Below are positions 52,252 through 61,729 of a stretch of 62,711 bases of DNA, one piece after another. Within the stretch, counting starts at the first letter, position 1. Each line of letters opens with the position of its first letter. Position numbers and translations under genes: made by a program. The stretch comes from a virus (Duplodnaviria; Caudoviricetes): positions 1 to 62,711 of IMG/VR virus record IMGVR_UViG_3300017746_000010. The stretch is one strand, 5' to 3'. The notes beneath the pieces were generated by a model. It was not told the DNA's origin, did not search any database, and saw only the letters and a list, made by a program, of their open reading frames with translations.

Positions 52252-54096
52252 TTAAAATAATGTTACTACTCTACCTTTAATATCAGTATTAGGATATTTA
52301 ATTTCAAATATACTTGGGTCTAATGAAGGAAATATTGTGCCATTTTGATTGGCAGCACTCATATCATAAGCCCACTCTGAATATCCTTGTGAAGTACCTA
52401 CTTTATTGGTAAAATTAATTTGTTTTACTGTTTGTACACCATCTATTGCATCTAATAATACAAATAGATCAGGTGTGATTATTGGTTGTTGGATTTGCCA
52501 TTTATCCGTTTTAAAATAATTTTGTAACGCTGTAATACATCTTTGTAATACTTGGTTGTTATTTTGGTTTGGGTACGTTATTATTTCGAAATCAATACCA
52601 AAATTGATAATAAAAGCATTTTTAATACTAATAGTATCACCAATCATTCTATATTCATTAATATAATTTTTTAAATTATTTTTTAATGTGTTTGAAGCTA
52701 TAGTTAAATAATTGTTTATATCTGATGATAAAACATAAATATCTAATGTTGTTGCTGCTTCATCTGCATTTGGTTTTTGAGTAAATGCTTTTGCAATTGT
52801 ACCAAATTTAGAGGGCATACTTAATGCTCTAACTAAATAATCATCCTGAGTTACATTTCTCATTTGTGTTGAGAATTGAGAGATTGCATTATTTCTTATT
52901 TCATCTATAGTATCACCATCTTGACCTCCACTTGCTGCTAATGGGTTATTAGCTGCTACTGAATCAAATACATACTGTCCTGTTGTATTATTTAATCCAC
53001 CTTTTAAAAATTGTACTGTTGATGTATCTACTTGTGTTAATGTTCCACCTAATACATTGGATGCTACACCTCCACCAGTTAAGTATCTAACTGTTAGTGT
53101 TGTGTTTGTTGGTGTAGTCCCATAAGTATTTGTAAATATAAAATTAGTAGGACTATATGCTGTTGTTAATTTATTTTGTAAGAAAGGTAAACCTAAACCT
53201 ACATTAAATGGGTTTGGTATTACTTCCTCCGTTGTTGTCGCAGGTGAACCAGCTCCAAATTGTAATTGTAATATATTATTTGCTAAAAATCTAGTTGCAA
53301 ATCTATTTTGTGTTGATTTTGTTTGAAGTAAATATGGTGCATCTGTATCTGTATAAGAATTTGGGTCGTTAGTGTTTGTATTTCTAATACTATCAAATAC
53401 TAAATCTTGACCTAAATAATCTACTTCATACCAATTATTACCATTTGAATCTAATACATCTATTATCCCTGCTATAGCTCCAGCATTAATGTTTACAGTT
53501 GCAAACTCAACTGGGGCACCAAATGAAAATTGTGTACTATTAATAACACCTGAATATGCTCTTGCTGATTTTCTTAATAAATAATAATCTGGGACTCCTG
53601 CTGATATTTGTGCTACAGAAACACTTGTTGGGTTATCTGAACTTGACACTGAAAAATCAATTGGGTCTTCTATAGTAAATGTTTGTGGTGTTCCTGTTGA
53701 TGTTTGAACCGTTGTGTTTGCATTTACATATAAAGCATAATCATAATCTGGTTCTGCTACTCCACCTACCAATTTTCTTGGTACTTGTTGATATACATCA
53801 ATTATTACTGTTGCTAAACCTGTTGCTTTAGGTTTATATCCGTACATATAAGCCATGTCATACAAATTATTTGTTTGACGAGCATATTGTAGGTAATTTT
53901 CTTGTATTTGATTATCTAAATAAAATGATAATACATCACCTACATAAGATGCCTGTTCCATAAACATCATACCTGGTGATGTTGCAGTAAAATCTGTATA
54001 GGTTGTAGGGAAATAAGTTTGGGAATAATTTATTAATTGATTCCTAAACGAAGCAAAGTCCTTATTTATGTAATTTATGTCTCTATTAATGGCCAT
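52252..54096 (-). CDS. Baseplate wedge protein, T4 gp6/P2 gpJ-like
   Basis: DFASFRNQLINY...SYVGDVLSFYLD; GGQDGDTIDEIR...RNVTQDDY. Confidence 0.88.
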   Translation of the reverse strand: MAINRDINYINKDFASFRNQLINYSQTYFPTTYTDFTATSPGMMFMEQASYVGDVLSFYLDNQIQENYLQYARQTNNLYDMAYMYGYKPKATGLATVIIDVYQQVPRKLVGGVAEPDYDYALYVNANTTVQTSTGTPQTFTIEDPIDFSVSSSDNPTSVSVAQISAGVPDYYLLRKSARAYSGVINSTQFSFGAPVEFATVNINAGAIAGIIDVLDSNGNNWYEVDYLGQDLVFDSIRNTNTNDPNSYTDTDAPYLLQTKSTQNRFATRFLANNILQLQFGAGSPATTTEEVIPNPFNVGLGLPFLQNKLTTAYSPTNFIFTNTYGTTPTNTTLTVRYLTGGGVASNVLGGTLTQVDTSTVQFLKGGLNNTTGQYVFDSVAANNPLAASGGQDGDTIDEIRNNAISQFSTQMRNVTQDDYLVRALSMPSKFGTIAKAFTQKPNADEAATTLDIYVLSSDINNYLTIASNTLKNNLKNYINEYRMIGDTISIKNAFIINFGIDFEIITYPNQNNNQVLQRCITALQNYFKTDKWQIQQPIITPDLFVLLDAIDGVQTVKQINFTNKVGTSQGYSEWAYDMSAANQNGTIFPSLDPSIFEIKYPNTDIKGRVVTLF

Positions 54097-54512
54097 TATG
54101 CAAAGTTTAGTGTTAAGTCATCAGTGATTCCAGTATTTTTTACAGAATAAAATATTTCAACTGTTACATTATTGTTATCTGTATTTTCTTTTCCTCCATC
54201 TACATTTAATTCATTTAATATTACATTTGGAAATTCAGTTGATAATTTAGTTTGAATGTCTTCTATTAAATAATCTATATTTTCAGTAGATATTTGATTA
54301 AAAATAAATCTTCTTAAACCACCTCCAAATGCTGGGTTACCTGGTCTTTCACCTGGGTTTGTTAAAAAATAATTAATTAAATTGTTTTTAATTGATTTTT
54401 GTGTTGTGTAATTCGGAGTAAATACCCCACCTTCGTTAAAAGGTATATCTACACCAATACCTACTCGAGGTCTAGTGTCATTAGGGAATTTTTGTACTGC
54501 TCCAAATGCCAT
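54096..54512 (-). CDS. Baseplate protein, T4 gp25/GPW-like (sheath initiator)
   Basis: IKNNLINYFLTNPGERPGNPAFG. Confidence 0.9.
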   Translation of the reverse strand: MAFGAVQKFPNDTRPRVGIGVDIPFNEGGVFTPNYTTQKSIKNNLINYFLTNPGERPGNPAFGGGLRRFIFNQISTENIDYLIEDIQTKLSTEFPNVILNELNVDGGKENTDNNNVTVEIFYSVKNTGITDDLTLNFA

Positions 54513-54514
54513 AA

Positions 54515-54865
54515 TTATCCTTTACTATTCATTAATCCCATAATTTGATCCATACTAACATTTCCTTGTGGTAATTGACCATTTGGAGATGTTGTATCAC
54601 CTAACCCTGATACTTGTAATGGAACATCTGCTGATGTAGCATTAATTGTACCGTTAGCTCCAGGTCTCATACCATCTAAAACATTCATCATATTTTCTCT
54701 AAGTTTTAACTTATCTTCTTTAGGTAATGGTTGAGCTTCAACTGTTGGAGTTGATACTACTTGTTTGGGTGTTTTAATTGCCTCTAGTAAAATGTCCTTC
54801 ATTTCTTCTTGAATTGCTTCTTTCACTGCGGATTTTACTATAGATTTTAATTGATTTAATTTCAT
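54515..54865 (-). CDS. Hypothetical protein
   Basis: 116 aa; preceded by the late motif. Confidence 0.7.
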   Translation of the reverse strand: MKLNQLKSIVKSAVKEAIQEEMKDILLEAIKTPKQVVSTPTVEAQPLPKEDKLKLRENMMNVLDGMRPGANGTINATSADVPLQVSGLGDTTSPNGQLPQGNVSMDQIMGLMNSKG

Positions 54866-54884
54866 GTTAAAAAATTTAATTTAT

Positions 54885-54893
54885 TATAAATAT
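54885..54893 (-). promoter_or_regulatory. Putative late promoter ATATTTATA
   Basis: Intergenic, 19 nt upstream of ATG 54865. Confidence 0.6.
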
Positions 54894-54897
54894 TATA

Positions 54898-56451
54898 TTA
54901 GTCTGCTTTTAAATTGTTTTGTACTATATAAAATGCTAACTCGTCAATTAATATTTGATCTGTTGCACTAAATGATGCTTCACCTTTTAAAATTACAACT
55001 CCTTGTGAGTTAGTTGCGGTTGCAAATCTTCTATAGTAACCATCAACTTCATTTTCAGTATCTTCGACTACATTCATTGTAAACCCATTTACTACTCTTA
55101 AAGGTGGAGTTCCTTGTTCTGTACTTTCTTCTTGTAATGCTAGTAATTCATCATTTATTTCTTCCATACTTACATCACTAGGTATAGAACATTTTCCAAT
55201 TAAGGCATCAATTTTTTTAAGATACCTAAGTATTATTATGAGTGAAATTATTAAAAATACTAACGATATCAAAAGAGCTTTTCTAAGTTCTTTATTTATG
55301 TTAAGTAAAATTTCAAATTTTTCTTTTATATCTTCTAATAATGCAATTAAACTATAAGGTACACCTACTCCAGGAGGTACTGCTACTGGGAATGCTATTG
55401 AGCTAATTTGTATTTTTCCAGCTTTAAATAATCCAGTTAAATATAAAAATATAGCTGCTAATGCTGTGTTAGCTATTATTACAACCCATATTTGATTTAT
55501 TTGTCTTACAATTGAATTTCTTCTTTTAATTGCCATTCTTAGTAAAGCATCATTTGGACATCTTCCTTCTGCTACTTCTGCTCTTACATTTTTAGCTGCT
55601 ATTTTAGTTATACCAAATATAATCATTAACCCAATAGCTAAGGGAAATAATTTATTCTGAATTACAGAAGCAAATTTTAATACTTGTTCTTTTATAGCTA
55701 GTAAACTACGTTCTATAACACTTAATACTAATTTATTTACTTTTAGTGCTGCTTTATTAGCTTCAGATTTTAATTTATTAATAGCTTCTTCTGCTGCATC
55801 ATCTATATTAATTAAAGCTTTAATAGGTAATTCTTGTAACACTTCATTATTACCTGTAATTAATGTTTGATAATCTGGGGCAAATTCTTCTTTTTCATAT
55901 AATACTATAGGTTTAACTAATATTGTATTATCTTTAGGTAGTGTTGGAACACCAAATCTTAACTCCCATTCTCCTTTTTCGTCTGTTTTTATTTCAGGTG
56001 GGGTCGATTTACTATCCCAATCATATTCTTTATAAGTTTCTTCAACTGTAATTTTTTTAACTTTACCAAATATGTTTTTATCACCACTAGGATCTGGTTT
56101 TTTAACCTTTCTAGTCTTAGTCTCTAATACCATAGGGTATAGTGCTAATTGAGGTTTTACTATTACACCTTTTGCAGGTTCATTAGTTGCTTTATTATAT
56201 ACTCTACCCTTAATTTCAAAAGTTGAAATTACAGGAGTATTTTCGTTAATTAATTCTCTTACTGATTTAGGATCATCAAGAACTCGTTCTAACTCTTCAC
56301 CTTCTAATCCAGACTGTTCAGCTATTTTTCTTATTAATGGTTTTCCTTTTTCAGATACTAAATATTGTTGTCCAGCAGCCAAAAGAGTATCCTTAAGATT
56401 CATATTCTTAAGGTTTGAAATTTGATTCTTTAATTGACCCGCTGATATCAT
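54898..56451 (-). CDS. Membrane-associated protein with CarboxypepD_reg-like domain
   Basis: IKGRVYNKATNEPAKGVIV...TDEKGEWEL; three long hydrophobic segments. Confidence 0.6.
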   Translation of the reverse strand: MISAGQLKNQISNLKNMNLKDTLLAAGQQYLVSEKGKPLIRKIAEQSGLEGEELERVLDDPKSVRELINENTPVISTFEIKGRVYNKATNEPAKGVIVKPQLALYPMVLETKTRKVKKPDPSGDKNIFGKVKKITVEETYKEYDWDSKSTPPEIKTDEKGEWELRFGVPTLPKDNTILVKPIVLYEKEEFAPDYQTLITGNNEVLQELPIKALINIDDAAEEAINKLKSEANKAALKVNKLVLSVIERSLLAIKEQVLKFASVIQNKLFPLAIGLMIIFGITKIAAKNVRAEVAEGRCPNDALLRMAIKRRNSIVRQINQIWVVIIANTALAAIFLYLTGLFKAGKIQISSIAFPVAVPPGVGVPYSLIALLEDIKEKFEILLNINKELRKALLISLVFLIISLIIILRYLKKIDALIGKCSIPSDVSMEEINDELLALQEESTEQGTPPLRVVNGFTMNVVEDTENEVDGYYRRFATATNSQGVVILKGEASFSATDQILIDELAFYIVQNNLKAD

Positions 56452-56452
56452 G

Positions 56453-57799
56453 TTATGAAGTTTTAACTTTTTGTGATTTAAAAGAATCTATCATATCTTT
56501 TATAGGTCTAATAACATCTATTCCTAAACGTGCTTGTGCTCCAGCATTTGGAACTTGTGGTTCATCTTTTAAAGCACTAAACACATTATCAACTGTTTGT
56601 ATTAAAGCTTCAAATTGTTCTAAAAATTTATCTCCTAATATAACAGATTCTGTAGCATTTTGTTTACCTAAACTAACTACACCTTCTGATGATATTAAGT
56701 TTACATTTTTATTTGTAGATTTTATAGCTAAATCTTCATTTGATTCTAAAACAATACTTTTATAAGCCGACATTAATATACTATCTGTATTAGTATTAAA
56801 TAATAGTCTACCTGAATTCAATATTATTTGAGGGGAATTAAATGATTTAGGTGATATTGGGACTTTTTTAACAGTATTAGAAAAGGGTACAGGTTCAGCT
56901 AAAAATCTAGAAAAAGGAGTTACCTTTTTTCCTGTAGCTACTTCAATTTGTATCTGTTGAGTAGATGTTAAATATATTGATGCTAAATCATCTTGAACAT
57001 TTTCAGTAATTGGTATCCAACCTTCATCACTAACTGCTTCTGTTCCAGGTGCTACCCCATTTGGTTGACCATTTCTTATTATAGATATAGGATCACCATT
57101 TTCTCCTGAATTTGACCAATTGTTTTTTATTTTACCTGCTACTTTAGATGTATTACCTAATCTTATTGAATTACCAAATCTACCCTCTAAAATATTATCA
57201 CCTGAAAAAGGTAAGATAGGGTGTATATTTGATTTTTCTTTAAAAGTACCACCACTAGCTCCATTTAAATCTATTTCTTTTACTTCATCTGTTGTTTTTC
57301 TAACATTACCTAATGCTATTTGAAGATAATCTTTTAAAAATGAAGGAGCAGACACACCATTATTTTCAGTTGAATACATATCTGGGTAAGCATTATGGTT
57401 TGGAGCATTCCATAATGATATTGTACTTAAATAATAATATGATACTGTTGATGAAGTTTGTGATTGTTGAGTATTAGGTAATTTAAATAATAAAACTACT
57501 TCATTTACTAGAGGATATGTTTTTGAACTTGGTAAAAGTGGTTTTGCTAAGTTTGATGTTTTATTTTGTGTTTGATTAATTGTACTAGTAGGAGTATCCA
57601 TTAATTGAAACTTAATAGTCCCAATTCCTGCCCATTCTCCTACCTCATCCCACATTGTAGAATTAGAGTTTAATGATATATCAATTACTCTTGCAGGTAT
57701 TATTTTTTTAGAAAGTTCATCTAATTTAGAATTTTGAACGCTTTCGGCAAATTGTTGGCCAGGTCCTCCAAGCAAGGAATCAAACATGTTATTAGCCAT
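56453..57799 (-). CDS. Baseplate hub/spike protein, gp5/VgrG-like
   Basis: N-terminal OB-fold-like region (YPLVNEVV); GDNILEGRFGNSIRLG; QIILNSGRLLFN; ESVILGD. Confidence 0.65.
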   Translation of the reverse strand: MANNMFDSLLGGPGQQFAESVQNSKLDELSKKIIPARVIDISLNSNSTMWDEVGEWAGIGTIKFQLMDTPTSTINQTQNKTSNLAKPLLPSSKTYPLVNEVVLLFKLPNTQQSQTSSTVSYYYLSTISLWNAPNHNAYPDMYSTENNGVSAPSFLKDYLQIALGNVRKTTDEVKEIDLNGASGGTFKEKSNIHPILPFSGDNILEGRFGNSIRLGNTSKVAGKIKNNWSNSGENGDPISIIRNGQPNGVAPGTEAVSDEGWIPITENVQDDLASIYLTSTQQIQIEVATGKKVTPFSRFLAEPVPFSNTVKKVPISPKSFNSPQIILNSGRLLFNTNTDSILMSAYKSIVLESNEDLAIKSTNKNVNLISSEGVVSLGKQNATESVILGDKFLEQFEALIQTVDNVFSALKDEPQVPNAGAQARLGIDVIRPIKDMIDSFKSQKVKTS

Positions 57800-58152
57800 T
57801 ACTTTTCTTTTTTATCCTGTAAATTTTCGTTTAATTTATCTAACTCAGCTAGTAATTCTTCTTTTTCTGCTTCAGATATACCTAATGAATCACCTGTTCC
57901 AGTATTATTAACTACCCTTTGTACTATAGTAGCCATTTTAATCAATTGCTCATCATTACGAACACCTATTTCTAAGTATTCTTTAATAAGAGGTACAATT
58001 AAAGTAGCATCACCTATATCAGATATTAATGGTTTTAATTCGGATATTAACCCAGAAATTTGTGTTTCTTTTTTCTTTTGGTTATCATAAATCTCACTTA
58101 ATATGTCGGAGAATTTTTTCTTACCAAATACTACGTTGTCTAGTGCTCCCAT
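57799..58152 (-). CDS. Conserved helical hypothetical protein
   Basis: 117 aa; first gene after the late motif at 58164. Confidence 0.7.
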   Translation of the reverse strand: MGALDNVVFGKKKFSDILSEIYDNQKKKETQISGLISELKPLISDIGDATLIVPLIKEYLEIGVRNDEQLIKMATIVQRVVNNTGTGDSLGISEAEKEELLAELDKLNENLQDKKEK

Positions 58153-58163
58153 AATGTTTTTAT

Positions 58164-58172
58164 TATAAATAT
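58164..58172 (-). promoter_or_regulatory. Putative late promoter ATATTTATA
   Basis: Intergenic, 11 nt upstream of ATG 58152. Confidence 0.6.
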
Positions 58173-58188
58173 GGATATAGAATAAGTG

Positions 58189-58896
58189 TTAAAACTTACA
58201 CCAACCGTTTTCTAAGAAGAAAACATACTGAGATTTAAATATATCGTGAAGTTTATCTGCTATTTTAGTAATCTTAGGAGTTTTTACATCAACCATTTCA
58301 CGAATATAGATATAAAGTGCTTTTTTATTAAATACTTCTATAGTTTCTCTTTTTCTAAATAACTCAAGTATAGCATCTGCTATTTGAGCATCATTTTTCT
58401 TAGGAAACAATTCATAAATATTTTCTGTTGTATATTCAAGAAACAATTCAATATATTCACTTAATTCATCTTTTTCTTTAGCATAATCTCCTTGCTCATA
58501 TACATAAGTTGAATTATCTTTAGTTAAGTTATCAACAGGTACTTTTTTTATTTTTTTATTATAATTTTTAGTATTATATAATATTAACCATCTTTTAACA
58601 ATAGTACCAAAATAAGAATAGGCCTTAGCTCCTCTTGTTGGGTCAAATAAATGTATTTTAGATAATAAGAAAGTAATTATCTCGTGTTGGAGATGTTCTA
58701 AATTTTCTACCTCTGTATGGTAAAATTTAAATGTGTGAATTATATTCTCTGTTAACTTAAAATAGGGGTAATGAATATGCTTAGCATATATATCACTCCT
58801 TGTTTTAGGGTCTTTAGTGTTGTTATAGAGAACTATAGCATCCTCCGTATCTTGAGTAAAATAATTTTTACTCTTCTTTCTTCTCTTTTTTACCAT
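58189..58896 (-). CDS. Phage late-transcription sigma factor, T4 gp55-like
   Basis: KNYF...IHLFDPTRGAKAYSYFGTIVKR resembles the sigma region-2 motif FDP...AYFT of gp55 homologues. Confidence 0.65.
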   Translation of the reverse strand: MVKKRRKKSKNYFTQDTEDAIVLYNNTKDPKTRSDIYAKHIHYPYFKLTENIIHTFKFYHTEVENLEHLQHEIITFLLSKIHLFDPTRGAKAYSYFGTIVKRWLILYNTKNYNKKIKKVPVDNLTKDNSTYVYEQGDYAKEKDELSEYIELFLEYTTENIYELFPKKNDAQIADAILELFRKRETIEVFNKKALYIYIREMVDVKTPKITKIADKLHDIFKSQYVFFLENGWCKF

Positions 58897-59168
58897 TAGT
58901 TGATTTTAAACCTTGATATACCATTTTGTATTACCTTTATTTGTTTGAAAAACCAACCAATTTCATCATCACTTTTAAATAAGTCTTTTTCGTCTATTTT
59001 CTTTAAACGTTCGTCCGCAAGTTCAATTTGTTTATTAAATTCTTTAATGTATTCATCATATTGCATAATAATATCTTCTTGCTTTTCAGTTTTACGAAGT
59101 AAATTCCACGTCGTAAACCCTAAAACTAAAGTTGATATTGACAATACTGAGATTACTATTATTTCCAT
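58896..59168 (-). CDS. Small membrane-anchored coiled-coil protein
   Basis: N-terminal TM helix followed by a coiled coil. Confidence 0.7.
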   Translation of the reverse strand: MEIIVISVLSISTLVLGFTTWNLLRKTEKQEDIIMQYDEYIKEFNKQIELADERLKKIDEKDLFKSDDEIGWFFKQIKVIQNGISRFKIN

Positions 59169-59944
59169 TATAAACTATCTAACATATTTTTTAAACCTGG
59201 GCTTTTAATCTTATTAAGTGCTTTAGATTTGGTACTTTTATTATTATTATTCGTCAATGTAAATGACTTCTTTGGCGTCTCCACGCTATTTTTAGAAAAT
59301 TTTGGGAGCCATTCAACTTCAAATTCAATACGTGCTGCCATCATATCAGCTTGATGCAAAATGAATGGTAAAGACGTACGAGGTTTTGTTTCGGGCATAA
59401 ATGATTTTAAATATTTCTCATTAGCCGAATCATATAAACCATCATGTGTCTGGATAGCTAACATTTCATTAAATGTATATTTGATATCATGTGATTGTAG
59501 TAAAAATAATCCACGGTCTGGTACAGCTGCAAATGCAATTTTCTTATTATGCATATACTCTTCACCTAATTTATCTCGTCTCCACTGATCAGTTTGAGGG
59601 ATATAAGATTCATTTTGTGCATCACCCATTTTACCTAAATCATGGTTAATAGCAGAAAATACTAATTCTTCAATAGTAAATGTAGAAGTATCCATTCCAA
59701 ATTCCTTCCAAACATCATACATTTTTAAAGAAGCATCAACAACTCTATTTACATGATCAACATATCCACCTGGAAATGCTGAGTGGTATTCTTTTTTATG
59801 TGATGCTGGCATTAGTATGATTCGTTCTTCATACTTTTTGTAAAAATCTAGTAATTTTTGTTTACGATCACCCGTAATGTATTTACTAATATTAGAGTTA
59901 AATTTTTCCCAATTTGACTGGAGTTGTTCTGCTGTTAATGTCAT
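59168..59944 (-). CDS. HD-domain phosphohydrolase (YhaM-like)
   Basis: PAS...HSAFPGGYVDH...HDLGK...HDG...HQAD. Confidence 0.85.
   Translation of the reverse strand: MTLTAEQLQSNWEKFNSNISKYITGDRKQKLLDFYKKYEERIILMPASHKKEYHSAFPGGYVDHVNRVVDASLKMYDVWKEFGMDTSTFTIEELVFSAINHDLGKMGDAQNESYIPQTDQWRRDKLGEEYMHNKKIAFAAVPDRGLFLLQSHDIKYTFNEMLAIQTHDGLYDSANEKYLKSFMPETKPRTSLPFILHQADMMAARIEFEVEWLPKFSKNSVETPKKSFTLTNNNNKSTKSKALNKIKSPGLKNMLDSL
59255..59284 (-). promoter_or_regulatory. Bacteroidota sigma70-type promoter inside the 3' end of the HD gene
   Basis: GTGG-N17-TTTACATTG; same geometry as the other three; positioned to drive the 90-aa gene and the sigma gene. Confidence 0.4.
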
Positions 59945-60037
59945 AACTTTTATTTATTTATTATTAATGTAACGTTTAATCCCTTTATCCCCTGGTGCCT
60001 TTGTTTCAATTCCCATTTTTTCAAAAACCCTGTATCT

Positions 60038-60068
60038 CCAAGGTACCGAAAATATTTTACATAGGCAC
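60038..60068 (-). promoter_or_regulatory. Bacteroidota sigma70-type promoter upstream of the HD gene
   Basis: GTGC-N17-GGTACCTTGG. Confidence 0.45.
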
Positions 60069-60509
60069 GGGATTTTCAATATCTTTTTTAAATGTTTTTA
60101 TTTCAAGTAATTTAGCACATCTTTCGTATTGTTCGACATCAGGCCTTTGAAAATAAGCTAATGCTTCATTTAAAGATTGTATAAAAGGTTTTGCTTTAAA
60201 ATCCATTATAGCTTCTAAATGGTTTCTATCTTTTAAATCTATTTCTTTGATATAATGCCATGCTCTATTAAATACCGTAAATTCAGAGGCTCTTCTAGCT
60301 TCATCAACATCATAATCAGGTTTTTCAGATTTAAGAAATTTTTCTAATTTTTGGTGAAATACATTATGGTTAACTATTAATTTAGTAAACATCCCAATTT
60401 TAGTAAAAGGTTCATCTAATAAGGATTTACCCATAGTAATCAGCTCTTTAGCATCTACTTCTTTATTGGGGTCCTCAAATAAGGAAAACATTTTATCTTT
60501 ATCTATCAT
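60057..60509 (-). CDS. Hypothetical protein with C-terminal UVR-like motif
   Basis: EQYERCAKL. Confidence 0.7.
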   Translation of the reverse strand: MIDKDKMFSLFEDPNKEVDAKELITMGKSLLDEPFTKIGMFTKLIVNHNVFHQKLEKFLKSEKPDYDVDEARRASEFTVFNRAWHYIKEIDLKDRNHLEAIMDFKAKPFIQSLNEALAYFQRPDVEQYERCAKLLEIKTFKKDIENPVPM

Positions 60510-60850
60510 CTTTTTCCACCTTGATATTCAACAGCATGTCCTTCTGTTATCATTAAATCGTTAACGTTTTTTTCTCCTAAAAATATATTACCTAAACATC
60601 TACCATATTTACCTACACCTTGAGAATGTAATATAAAATCATTATTATGTTTGCTTAAAATATCTTTAAGGAATGCTTTTGCAGCTAAACCTCTAGCTTT
60701 TTCCTCCAAATCTCTTGTTCTTGATTCTGGGGCATTCATTCCAACTAATCTAATTCTGATTTTTTTCCAAGTATCAAACCCTAAATCAATGGTTGCATCA
60801 ATGGTATCACCATCTACTACTCTGATACATTTTGCGTTGTAAATATACAT
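60506..60850 (-). CDS. Thermonuclease (SNase-like)
   Basis: RVVDGDTID, RIRLVGMNAPE, GKYGRCLG. Confidence 0.9.
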   Translation of the reverse strand: MYIYNAKCIRVVDGDTIDATIDLGFDTWKKIRIRLVGMNAPESRTRDLEEKARGLAAKAFLKDILSKHNNDFILHSQGVGKYGRCLGNIFLGEKNVNDLMITEGHAVEYQGGKR

Positions 60851-60863
60851 AATCTATTTTGAT

Positions 60864-60872
60864 TATACATAT
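60864..60872 (-). promoter_or_regulatory. Putative late promoter variant ATATGTATA
   Basis: Intergenic, 13 nt upstream of ATG 60850. Confidence 0.55.
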
Positions 60873-60875
60873 TAA

Positions 60876-61070
60876 CTATTCGTTGTCCTTATCCCTAAGT
60901 TTTTGAATATACTTGGCTTTTTGAATTTCCCTCCTTCTTTTTACTGATGGTTTAGTAAATTCTTTATTATCCCTAAGCCGTTTTAATACACCTGTATCTC
61001 TAAACTTACGTTTTAGGTGTTTTAGTGCTTGTTCTATTTTTTGTCCTTTTTTAACTTTTACTATTAACAT
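60876..61070 (-). CDS. rpsU: Ribosomal protein bS21 (phage-encoded)
   Basis: IEQALKHLKRKF...LR..KEFTKPSVKRR...KAKY. Confidence 0.93.
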   Translation of the reverse strand: MLIVKVKKGQKIEQALKHLKRKFRDTGVLKRLRDNKEFTKPSVKRRREIQKAKYIQKLRDKDNE

Positions 61071-61257
61071 CTAATTCTGCTATTTCTTTTTCTATAGAAT
61101 CTTTAATTGCCTCCAATTGAGCATACTCTTGAACAACATCTTGTTTATCTGGATTTGCTGGGTGGAATCTCCAATAATCTTCCATTATTGTAACTACAGC
61201 CATTAAATCGTTTATTTTTTCTGCTTTTGGGTCTGGTTTTTGTGTGTTTTCACTCAT
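61051..61257 (-). CDS. Hypothetical protein
   Basis: 68-aa ORF in a packed string. Confidence 0.7.
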   Translation of the reverse strand: MSENTQKPDPKAEKINDLMAVVTIMEDYWRFHPANPDKQDVVQEYAQLEAIKDSIEKEIAELDVNSKS

Positions 61258-61264
61258 AAATTAT

Positions 61265-61729
61265 TTATTTAAAATTATTACCTATTTTCTCTACTATCTC
61301 TTGTATATCACCTAATCGAATTCTAAAAAATTCTCTTTGGTTATTAACGCGATACGGTTTCATTGCATGATGTACTTCGCTTTCTAATAGTTCGCCATTA
61401 AAACAACGGTAAGCCCATGCTACTTCGTATGGAACTGGCACACCAGTTGCGTTAGAAAGTTGTTTTGCTCTTTCCTCTGGTGTGAGTTTTGTATATCCTA
61501 CTTTATATAATCCTGGCATACTACTATTTTTTAAAACATATACCCACTGATCACCTTCACCTTTCTTATTATAAATACCACGTTTTTTAGCAGTATAATA
61601 AGTAACATTTTCCCACCCATCTTTACCTGGTGTTAAAGTAAAATACTTTGCGGCCTCAATACTAGTATCTGAGTAGTTTTCTTTTATTGGGATATATTTT
61701 TTTGATTGTTCTATAGTTATTCTTTCCAT
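61265..61729 (-). CDS. T5orf172/GIY-YIG-like domain protein
   Basis: VYVLKN..MPGLYKVGYT...ER...TGVP...E.EVH...REFF. Confidence 0.85.
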   Translation of the reverse strand: MERITIEQSKKYIPIKENYSDTSIEAAKYFTLTPGKDGWENVTYYTAKKRGIYNKKGEGDQWVYVLKNSSMPGLYKVGYTKLTPEERAKQLSNATGVPVPYEVAWAYRCFNGELLESEVHHAMKPYRVNNQREFFRIRLGDIQEIVEKIGNNFK

